39,838 nucleotides of DNA from Candidatus Peregrinibacteria bacterium (lineage in GTDB: Bacteria > Patescibacteriota > Gracilibacteria > UBA1369 > LOWO2-01-FULL-3), in the NCBI GenBank assembly GCA_016235895.1, contig JACRIB010000016.1, forward strand, positions 1 through 39,838, read 5' to 3'. Shown here piece after piece: positions 32,231-39,838 of the stretch (within the stretch, counting starts at the first letter, position 1; the number at the start of each line of letters is the position of its first letter). The position numbers were made by a program, and so were the translations under genes. The notes beneath the pieces are model-generated. The model was not told the origin of the DNA, made no database searches, and saw only the letters and a list, made by a program, of their open reading frames with translations.

Positions 32231-34792
32231 TTACATCTCCTCCACAACTTCAACCCCAAGTAAATTTAGTCCATTCTTCAGAATTTGCGCGCTGGCGCGG
32301 ACTATTTCAAGACGCTCTTTTTTGTCTTTTGGATCAGCTATTTTTAGCACCGGAACACTATTATAAAAAGCATTGAATTTTTGAGCCAATGCGTAGAGAT
32401 AATTGCAAAGCACGTTTGGCTTGTATTCTTGGGCTGCCAAATTTAAAAATTCGGCGTATTGCGGGAAAAGGGCTATTAGTGCCCGAGTTTTTTCCCGGCT
32501 TTGAGTCTTATCTTCCTTGATTCCGTCCGTGCTTAATTCTTCCTCCGCCTTCCTCAAAATACTCCTGGCCCGGGCGTAAGAATATTGCAAATATGGCGCG
32601 CTGTTACCATCGAGGGCGAGCATTTTGTCCCAGTCGAAAACAATGTTGGTGGTGCGATTTTGCGACAGAACATTGTATTTTACCGCGCCGATACCGATTG
32701 CACGGGCGACCGCGTCCATATTTTTGAGTTCGGGGTTTTTTTCTTTGATAATTTTACCGGCACGTTCGATCGCTTCATTCAAAACTTCATCTAAAAGGAT
32801 AATATTACCCTTTCTGGTACTCATTTTGCTGTCTTTAAATTGCATTCTGCCGAAAGCCACGTGTTCGGCTTCGCCTTTATACCAGCCGAGTTTTGTGGCT
32901 GCGGTAAGCAGTTGTTTGAAGTGCAGGGTTTGGGCTACATCCACGACATATATTATTTTTGCGGGCTTCCAGGTATCGATGCGATATTTGAGAGCGGCAA
33001 AATCGCGGGTGATGTAGAGCGTAGCGCCATTGCCTTTTTGCACCGGAACCGTAGGAATATTGGGGTCGTCATATTTGATAACCAAGGCTCCTTCATCGCC
33101 TTTAACAAAGACTTTTTTCTTTTTTCCGTCCTTGATAATTGCCGCCATTTTCTCCTCGTAAAAGCTCTCTCCCTGCGTGTAATCAAAATGAATTCCTCCC
33201 AACAAATCATAGGTTTTTTGAATTTCTTTGAGGCTTTCGCGCACAAACCATTCCCAAAGTTCCCGATTGGTCTTGTTTCCATCTTCAAAATCTTTGAATT
33301 CTTTGCGAGCTTCGTCTTCCAATTTCGGATTTTTTTCCGCTTCTTCATGAAATTTTACGTATAATTTCAAAAGTTCGTCTATTGGATTTTTTTCTATCAC
33401 TTTTTTTTCGCCCCAATTCTTATAAGCGTAAATAAGTTTGCCGAATTGCGTGCCCCAATCCCCTATGTGATTTATGCTGATGGCTTTGAAGCCGAGTTTG
33501 TTAAAAATATTATAAATACTTTGGCCGATAATTGTGGATAAAAGATGGTGAATTCCCAATGGCTTAGCGATATTCGGCTGGCTGTATTCAACAATTAAAT
33601 TTTTATTTTTGCCAATTTCGCCGGTGCCAAAATTATCTTTTTCTCTATTCACCAGCTCGACCTGATATCGCAAAAAAGAATCTTTGATGAAAAAATTTAT
33701 GAAACCCGGTCCGGCAATTTCGACTTTTTCAATCAAATCATCTGTGTCAATTTCCTTGACCAGTTTTTCGGCAATTTCGCGAGGGGGCAGATTTAGGATT
33801 TTGCTTAATTGCAGGGCCACGCCGGAGGCATAGTCGCCGTAATTTTCCTGATTGGGATGGTCGATTTTCACCTCCGCCAAATCACTATTCGGAAAACTCT
33901 TATGAATGGCCTTTAGAAAAATCGTGGCCAGTTTGTTTTTGAGCAAATTTTGATCATGAAGATCAAATTTCAGATTGGGAGAGGAAGTTCGCGCTTTTTT
34001 TTTTATATTTTCAGTCTCCTCTTTTTCCAGAAAATGCACCTTCTCTTGAAGAGGAATCTTGGAATCATCCGCGTGTTTTCTACCGGCAATCCCTAGATCA
34101 AGGTAGCGATTTTCCTCGTTAAGGATAAAGGTTTCCGTGTGACCGCCAATATATTTCAAAATGGTGTTTTCTATTTCCTTGAGAATGTGGCCAAATTCAT
34201 CCATGTGCATTTTGCTCAAATCCTCAATTAACAAGACAGCATTTACTGTTTTTGGAGTAAATTTGGTTCTTTCACATTCACGATAATTCCAATATCTGCA
34301 GGTGATTCCACCATTATCAATGTAGGCTGCTTCACCTTCCTGCGCTCTTTCGACTTCAATGGAGCCAAGAGGTCTAAAGGGCTCACCACCTTTGGTAAAA
34401 GTAAGGTTCAGGTCTCCGCAAAGCCAATCCAGGTCTTCGCCACCAATCGGCAAAAGATATTTGAGAGAGAAATAATTGTAAATATCCACCAAAATATTGA
34501 TGTGAGGAATGTCTTTACCGGCTTTGATTCTTTTTAATAAAGCGGCGATGGATGGTGGGAATTTTCTCGGATTGATGCCAAATTTGCCATAAGCCTGACT
34601 CCAGGCCTGCACCATGGGATGCTCGTAAACATCTTTTTCGGTAAATTCTTTAGTGCGTTGAGCGCAAACGCCGCGCAGAAGGCCTTCTACGGCTGAAACT
34701 CTACGGGAATTATTGATCCCTTTTATGAGCAACGCTCCTACCTTAAGGTCCGGCTGCTGTTCAAAAATTTTCTGATCGATGATTAACTTCAT
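32231..34792 (-). CDS. argS: arginyl-tRNA synthetase fused to an N-terminal PheT-type B3/4 domain
   Basis: Residues ~290-853 look like ArgRS (PNIAKPLGIHHL HIGH-type motif, MSTRKG, YLQYSYARARSIL). Residues 1-~215 resemble stand-alone B3/4-domain proteins. It is one uninterrupted 853-aa ORF. Confidence 0.88.
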   Translation of the reverse strand: MKLIIDQKIFEQQPDLKVGALLIKGINNSRRVSAVEGLLRGVCAQRTKEFTEKDVYEHPMVQAWSQAYGKFGINPRKFPPSIAALLKRIKAGKDIPHINILVDIYNYFSLKYLLPIGGEDLDWLCGDLNLTFTKGGEPFRPLGSIEVERAQEGEAAYIDNGGITCRYWNYRECERTKFTPKTVNAVLLIEDLSKMHMDEFGHILKEIENTILKYIGGHTETFILNEENRYLDLGIAGRKHADDSKIPLQEKVHFLEKEETENIKKKARTSSPNLKFDLHDQNLLKNKLATIFLKAIHKSFPNSDLAEVKIDHPNQENYGDYASGVALQLSKILNLPPREIAEKLVKEIDTDDLIEKVEIAGPGFINFFIKDSFLRYQVELVNREKDNFGTGEIGKNKNLIVEYSQPNIAKPLGIHHLLSTIIGQSIYNIFNKLGFKAISINHIGDWGTQFGKLIYAYKNWGEKKVIEKNPIDELLKLYVKFHEEAEKNPKLEDEARKEFKDFEDGNKTNRELWEWFVRESLKEIQKTYDLLGGIHFDYTQGESFYEEKMAAIIKDGKKKKVFVKGDEGALVIKYDDPNIPTVPVQKGNGATLYITRDFAALKYRIDTWKPAKIIYVVDVAQTLHFKQLLTAATKLGWYKGEAEHVAFGRMQFKDSKMSTRKGNIILLDEVLNEAIERAGKIIKEKNPELKNMDAVARAIGIGAVKYNVLSQNRTTNIVFDWDKMLALDGNSAPYLQYSYARARSILRKAEEELSTDGIKEDKTQSREKTRALIALFPQYAEFLNLAAQEYKPNVLCNYLYALAQKFNAFYNSVPVLKIADPKDKKERLEIVRASAQILKNGLNLLGVEVVEEM

Positions 34793-34935
34793 TTGAAAGC
34801 TTTATTTCGGGGCCTATTGTACTGAAAAATAGAAGGAAAGCAAAGTTACCTCAAAATGGTGATTGATTTATTTGGAAAAATTTGCTATAATGGCTAGATA
34901 AAAATTCAAACAAACAAAAAATAATACAAACAAAT

Positions 34936-36429
34936 ATGAAAAAGATAACCTATTTTCTTCTGGTAACAGCGCTGCTTTCCGTGTTCTCTTTCAGGGCCTT
35001 TGCGGCTGATACCGCTAATCCAACCAACGTTAAAAACGTAAAAGTGGTGGCTGCGATGGATGGAGCTGTAAAGCTCGGTTGGAGTAAAGCCACGGATGAT
35101 GTGGGCGTCGTGGGTTATAAAGTATACTATGGTCTGACGTCGGTGACGCAAAAAGGTAAAACTTACGATAAAAATATTGACGCAAAGAACGTGCAGGAAT
35201 TTACCGTTAGCGGTCTTACAAATGACACCAAGTATTATTTTACGGTTATTGCTTATGATGCCGCCGGCAATGAGAGTTTAGCCTGGGGCAATGAGGTATC
35301 GGCTACACCGGCAAAAGGTTCAGGCAGCGGGAGTGGAGCCGGTAGTGATATCGGTAGCGATAAGACTGCTCCTCAAGTTGCTGATGCTTCTGCTATAGAT
35401 AATCAGGATGTAAAAGTGGTTTTTTCCGAAGAAATTGTGCTGCCAAAAAGTAATCCGCAGGATGCTTTTGACATTGAAGATCAGGATAAATTCCAGCCTT
35501 TATTGGTTACCGATGCCAGGATGGATGCGACCGATACCTCTAATAAGACGGTTATTTTGGGCACTTCCAAGCAGAAAGAAAATGCCGCTTATAAATTGAC
35601 TGTGGGGATTGACGTGAAGGACAAAGCCGGCAATCCAATTGTCAGTGGCACCTCCGATACCGCGCCATTCAAGGGTAGCGGTGTGGAAAAACCGGCGGAG
35701 GATAAGAAGGGTCCTTCGATAACGAAGGTGGAAAGCATGGATAATACGCATTTTATTGTTAATTTTGATGAAACTGTGGTTTTGAGTATCGATCCGTCGG
35801 AGGATTTTGTGATTACCGCTGAAAGCGACAATACCAAAAAGCTGGATGTTCTTGGTGTTAAATTGGGTACAAACAGCGCGAATGTGGAAGATGCCACGGC
35901 TGTTATTACCACTTCACCTCAAGAGGCCGTTAAATACAAAGTGAAGGTGACTAATGTTAAAGATGGCAGCGGAAACAAGGTGTCGGATACTAAAAATAGC
36001 GGTTCTTTCGCCGGCACAGCTGCGGCTACCGGAGGGGATCAACTAAAGGATATTATTCCGCCAAAAGATGTGGTTAATTTCATCGCCGATAAGATATTGA
36101 ATGGCAAGCAATATACGGTAACTCTTAACTGGAAGATTCCCGCCGAAAATAAAGATACGGAAAAACAGTTGATTTATAAGAGTACCGATAAGGGTGTTAA
36201 TTACGGTAACGAGGCCACTCTTGCCTCCGATAAGACCCAATACAAAGCGGAGAAAATGGATCCCGGTGAATACTGGTTTAAAATTACCGAAAAAGATTTT
36301 GCCGGAAATGAAAGCAAGGGTGTGATCACTAAAATTGTGTTGCCAAAGACCGGTCCGGAAATGATTGGTTTGGTGGCTTTCTCTCTTATAGCCGGTAGAA
36401 TCGTTGGCAGAAAGAAAAGGAAAAAATAA
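34936..36429 (+). CDS. cell-surface protein with FN3/Ig-like repeats and an LPXTG sorting signal
   Basis: Signal peptide, FN3-like ends, GSGSGSG linker, and a C-terminal LPKTG plus hydrophobic segment plus RKKRKK. Confidence 0.8.
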   Translation: MKKITYFLLVTALLSVFSFRAFAADTANPTNVKNVKVVAAMDGAVKLGWSKATDDVGVVGYKVYYGLTSVTQKGKTYDKNIDAKNVQEFTVSGLTNDTKYYFTVIAYDAAGNESLAWGNEVSATPAKGSGSGSGAGSDIGSDKTAPQVADASAIDNQDVKVVFSEEIVLPKSNPQDAFDIEDQDKFQPLLVTDARMDATDTSNKTVILGTSKQKENAAYKLTVGIDVKDKAGNPIVSGTSDTAPFKGSGVEKPAEDKKGPSITKVESMDNTHFIVNFDETVVLSIDPSEDFVITAESDNTKKLDVLGVKLGTNSANVEDATAVITTSPQEAVKYKVKVTNVKDGSGNKVSDTKNSGSFAGTAAATGGDQLKDIIPPKDVVNFIADKILNGKQYTVTLNWKIPAENKDTEKQLIYKSTDKGVNYGNEATLASDKTQYKAEKMDPGEYWFKITEKDFAGNESKGVITKIVLPKTGPEMIGLVAFSLIAGRIVGRKKRKK

Positions 36430-36451
36430 GGTTTCAGCTTCACTGATTTTT

Positions 36452-36503
36452 GCTCGCCTTACCGGGTAGGTGCAGGGCAGGCTCGCTAGAGCGCAAGCGC
36501 TCT
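36452..36503. repeat. GC-rich GCTCGC-bounded element plus AGAGCGC-AA-GCGCTCT palindrome between convergent genes
   Basis: GCTCGC (36452-36457), then N23, then GCTCGC (36481-36486). A perfect 7-bp-arm palindrome at 36488-36503 overlaps the murA stop. Confidence 0.55.
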
Positions 36504-37748
36504 GTCGATTTTGGCTCCCAAGGATCTTAATTTTTCATCGAGCTTTTCGTAGCCGCGATCGATGTAGTAAATATTGGAGATTTCTGTAGTGCCCTCCGCA
36601 ATTAAAGCGGCGATAACCATAGCCGCTCCGGCACGGATATCACAGCTGGAGATAGGCAGACTTTTCAGCTTGCCAGGGCCAATAATCAGGGCCTGATGAG
36701 GATTTAAAAATTCGATATGCGCGCCCATTTTTTCCAACTCAAAAAGATAATTCAAACGTCCTTCAAAAAGAGTTTCAAAAATTTTGCTGACGCCATGCGC
36801 TTGAGTTAATAAAACCGTAAAAGGAGCTTGTAAATCGGTGGCAAAACTGGGATAAACCGCGGTGCGTAGCATTTTGGTGGCATGTAATTCTTTACCGGGA
36901 AAAATTTCCACTGCTGATTTTGAAAGCTTGAATTTACCGCCAATTTCTTCAAGTTTTTGCCAAAAACTGTCGAGATGATCGGGGTTTATTCCCTTGATGG
37001 TGATGTTGCTTTTGGTGGCCACTGCGGCAATAGCAAAAGTACCGGCTTCAAGATAGTCCCCGGTGATGGTGTATTTTCCCCCTTTGAGGGTTTTTACACC
37101 TTTAATTTTTACGTTATTGGTTCCGATGCCGGAAATTTTGGCGCCCATTTTGCACAGAAAATTACAAAGATCCTGAACATGAGGCTCGCAGGCGGCCAGA
37201 CGTATTTCGGTTTCTCCTTCAGCCAAAACAGCGGCCATGATGGCATTTTCCGTAGCGGTAACACTTAATTCAGGCAGAACAATTTTCTTACCTTGGAGTT
37301 TTTTTGCTTTAATATGCAGACCTTTTTGGTCGTCCAAAATTTCGCAACCAAGTTCTTTGAGGGCGTGAGTGTGAGCATGCACGGATCTTTTACCGAGGAC
37401 GCAGCCCCCGGGGAAAGCCATTTTTACCTCACCGAAGCGCTGAATCAAGGGGCCTAAAATCAGGATTGAGGCGCGCATTTTTTTAACGAGATCGTTGGGG
37501 GTGTTTTTACCTTTTAAAGCGGTGGCGTCTATTTCCAAAATATTATTTTTGAAAATGATTTTGGCGCCAAAGCCGGCTAGAATTTTGGCCATGGAATGAA
37601 TATCTTCGATATTCGGCACATTTTCCAAAATCACTTTGCACTTTATCAATAGAGCAGCGCACATAATTGGAAGAGTGGCGTTTTTTGAACCGCTGACCGT
37701 TACTTCTCCACTTAATTTTTGTCCTCCATGGACGATAAAATTTGCCAT
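36486..37748 (-). CDS. murA: UDP-N-acetylglucosamine 1-carboxyvinyltransferase
   Basis: GSKNATLPIM and the active-site loop FPGGCVLGKR. The ATG at 37748 (MANFIVHGG) matches typical MurA N-termini. Confidence 0.95.
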   Translation of the reverse strand: MANFIVHGGQKLSGEVTVSGSKNATLPIMCAALLIKCKVILENVPNIEDIHSMAKILAGFGAKIIFKNNILEIDATALKGKNTPNDLVKKMRASILILGPLIQRFGEVKMAFPGGCVLGKRSVHAHTHALKELGCEILDDQKGLHIKAKKLQGKKIVLPELSVTATENAIMAAVLAEGETEIRLAACEPHVQDLCNFLCKMGAKISGIGTNNVKIKGVKTLKGGKYTITGDYLEAGTFAIAAVATKSNITIKGINPDHLDSFWQKLEEIGGKFKLSKSAVEIFPGKELHATKMLRTAVYPSFATDLQAPFTVLLTQAHGVSKIFETLFEGRLNYLFELEKMGAHIEFLNPHQALIIGPGKLKSLPISSCDIRAGAAMVIAALIAEGTTEISNIYYIDRGYEKLDEKLRSLGAKIDRALAL

Positions 37749-37761
37749 GTTTCTTTTGTAA

Positions 37762-37800
37762 GCTCGCGCCGTGCGCTCGCTGTGCATTTATACAATATTT
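37762..37800 (-). promoter_or_regulatory. TTGTATAAA promoter-like box plus GC-rich 19-mer in the murA leader
   Basis: The minus strand reads TTGTATAAATGCACA-GCGAGCGCACGGCGCGAGC. The 19-mer is identical to 15865-15883. Confidence 0.45.
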
Positions 37801-37906
37801 GTCTTTAAAAGTCTATCCCAGATGATGATTTGACCCACTGGGATATTGAGAATCCGGCTTATTTGTGCTATAATTTCGTGAATAAAAAAACAAAAAGAAA
37901 AACAAA

Positions 37907-39091
37907 ATGCGTAGTGGTTTTAAGAAAAAAATTATTCTTTATGTCGTCATCGGTCTTGGATCGATATTTGTTGTTAATAATGTAAAAATTTCCGAGGGCA
38001 ATTTTGGTCTTTTCAGAACTTCTTCTATTGCCGTTTTTGAACCCGTAGATCTGGGAATTGAAAAGGTAACTTTGAAAAAAATTGCCGATAAATACAGCGC
38101 AAATATTGTCATTACCAATTATGGTGGTGATTTGAAAAACGGTCAGCTTGTCCTTCAAGCCGGAGATGAGGAAAAACATGTTTACTTAAAAAATGATGAC
38201 CGGGGATTTTCGTTGGCAAAAGGCAAAAGTTACATAGTGGAAAATTATGAATTGCTTTTTGGCGGTGATTACAATGGTGGTAAATTGAGCGTAGAAATCA
38301 AGCTGCCGGAAAAGGTCGATTATTTCGCCGGAAACAATAAATATGATGTGGATGTTTTTACTCTGCCGGCAAAAATCGAGGCTCTGGGAATTGATGAAAT
38401 TGAAGATGACGGCACGATAAAATTGGCTTTTGAAGCTAAAAATCATTCAACAATAACCGATGACTTTGAAATTTATAAAACCGCTGCTCTGAATTTTGAT
38501 GAAAATGAATCCAGGTACGCGGAAGCGGCTTCCGAGTCGGGAGATAAAATTTTTGGCTATTATCGGATAAAAAACTCCGAGGATTTGATCAAGAATAATA
38601 ACTGGTCACAGATACAAAGCGTTGGTACGGATCCTCATTTTATTAAATTGGCGAGCGATCCCTTCAAGGATCCTGCCGCTCATTATCTCTATATTAAGGC
38701 TATAAACAAGGAAACCGGAAATTATGTAGTGAGCAACATTATCTCTTTGGTTCCGGGAAAAGATTTGACGCGTGCGGCTTTTGCCAAATTTTTTGTCGAA
38801 TATGGTGAAGTAAAAATTGACGATGATGTAAAAAATAATTTCGCGGATGTGGCCGAGGATGAATGGTATGCACCCTATGTGAAAACACTTTCAAAATTGG
38901 ATTTGATAAAAGACGATCAGTCTGAATTTCATCCCGAGAAAATGATGACGCGTGGTGAAGCCTTCAGGATGGTGAAGGATTATTTCGAAGTGGGCGAAGA
39001 TAAAGCTTTTGATAAAAATTTACAGCCGGAGAAGCCGGCCACAAAAAATTATTTAAAATACTTGATATATGAGTACAAAAAAAATTCTTAA
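37907..39091 (+). CDS. membrane-anchored envelope protein with a C-terminal SLH-like domain
   Basis: N-terminal TM segment. FADVAEDEWYAPYVKTL...FHPEKMMTRGEAFRMV resembles an S-layer homology motif. Confidence 0.55.
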   Translation: MRSGFKKKIILYVVIGLGSIFVVNNVKISEGNFGLFRTSSIAVFEPVDLGIEKVTLKKIADKYSANIVITNYGGDLKNGQLVLQAGDEEKHVYLKNDDRGFSLAKGKSYIVENYELLFGGDYNGGKLSVEIKLPEKVDYFAGNNKYDVDVFTLPAKIEALGIDEIEDDGTIKLAFEAKNHSTITDDFEIYKTAALNFDENESRYAEAASESGDKIFGYYRIKNSEDLIKNNNWSQIQSVGTDPHFIKLASDPFKDPAAHYLYIKAINKETGNYVVSNIISLVPGKDLTRAAFAKFFVEYGEVKIDDDVKNNFADVAEDEWYAPYVKTLSKLDLIKDDQSEFHPEKMMTRGEAFRMVKDYFEVGEDKAFDKNLQPEKPATKNYLKYLIYEYKKNS

Positions 39092-39695
39092 ATTTTATCT
39101 AATTACCACTTTGTCATTGAGTTCCCTGGCTGTTTTTAGCCTTAATGATGGCTTTCGCGAGTATCTTTCCTACGGCTATGCCAGTGTAATTACTGATTCG
39201 AAGCCAAATCCGGTCGGAGCGCAAAGTAAAATAATTAATCAAGATAATCCGGCACGCATGATTTTTTCCATAATTCATGACGGAGCCAATTCTTTGGTGG
39301 GCGCCGGTGAAGAAAATGTTGATTTTATGAATCTGGTTTTTGCAATGGGGGCTACAAAAGCAAAATTAAAAAACCTGACTTTCACTATAAAAGGCGTAGA
39401 CGGCAATAATATCAAAAATGCCTATTTGGCTCATGAGAAAGACGTTCTTGCTACCGGAAGGATTGCGGACAATAAGATAAAATTTACGAATATTGACTTT
39501 GAACTTAAGCCAAATACCAAAATTACTTTGCCGGTGAGACTGGATCTCGGTGAAAATTTGCAGGCCGGTAATATTATCACTTTGGATATTGAAAAAGCTG
39601 ACGATGTGAGCCTTGAAGTTAATGGCAGAAACTATGGATTAAATGGACGCTATCCGATTAAAGGCGGTTATTTGAGTATCGTGAAATTCAGATAG
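39069..39695 (+). CDS. hypothetical secreted protein
   Basis: Hydrophobic N-terminus. The gene overlaps the previous gene by 23 nt. No motif recognised. Confidence 0.45.
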   Translation: MSTKKILKFYLITTLSLSSLAVFSLNDGFREYLSYGYASVITDSKPNPVGAQSKIINQDNPARMIFSIIHDGANSLVGAGEENVDFMNLVFAMGATKAKLKNLTFTIKGVDGNNIKNAYLAHEKDVLATGRIADNKIKFTNIDFELKPNTKITLPVRLDLGENLQAGNIITLDIEKADDVSLEVNGRNYGLNGRYPIKGGYLSIVKFR

Positions 39696-39838
39696 GTGCT
39701 AGTGTAGTGTCTCCAACTTAGCTTTACAATTTCCATGGATGACTGTAGAATGTGGACATGTGGAAAACAGCTCATCATTTGAATGGAACAGAAAGTCAGA
39801 AACGGCAACTTATACAATGGGTGCGTTCTGGAACCACG

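Noticed and set aside
39696-39838. Possible gene start or ncRNA at the right edge
   Set aside because: There are only short interrupted frames and no recognisable structure or repeat. The context is too limited to make a call.

Overview
AT-rich, gene-dense bacterial chromosomal window using the standard code (TGA is a stop at the recA/recX ATGA overlap). The gene content is streamlined housekeeping plus LPXTG and SLH surface proteins, competence-type genes and several toxin-antitoxin pairs. This fits a small-genome bacterium with a Gram-positive-type envelope, possibly CPR/Patescibacteria (inference, low confidence). Gene order: PIN toxin pair, tyrosine recombinase, Zn-ribbon protein | recA-recX | nusA | pilB/gspE ATPase | MFS (-) | dprA (-) | AbrB/RelE pair | purM, ftsE, Fic, truncated Xer-like, hypothetical (all -) | dgt-nrdR | L,D-transpeptidase | pcrA | ctpA | trpR-like-trpE-G-(D/C fusion)-B-A | SAM methyltransferase | membrane protein (-) | carboxynorspermidine dehydrogenase and decarboxylase | tRNA-Ser(GCU) | secreted protein, decayed MNT/HEPN pair | tRNA-Ser(UGA) | B3/4-domain::ArgRS fusion (-) | FN3/LPXTG protein | murA (-) | SLH protein | hypothetical. 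No rRNA, CRISPR array or transposase was seen. The most unusual signal is a family of short GC-rich, often GCTCGC-bounded palindromic elements. They sit in intergenic regions and 5' leaders, and also in-frame inside recX, pilB, trpD/C and trpA. An exact 17-mer is read in two different frames, an exact 19-mer lies in the ldt and murA leaders, and one paralogous pair of sites looks like an empty versus filled insertion site. Other leads: a Fic cassette bracketed by direct repeats beside a degenerate recombinase; a repeat-bracketed TA/integrase module upstream of recA; a motif shared by the recA and dprA promoters; a TrpR-like operator on a trp operon that lacks trpF; and an ArgRS fused to a PheT-type B3/4 domain. 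All homology calls come from reading the translations by eye; no database search was run.
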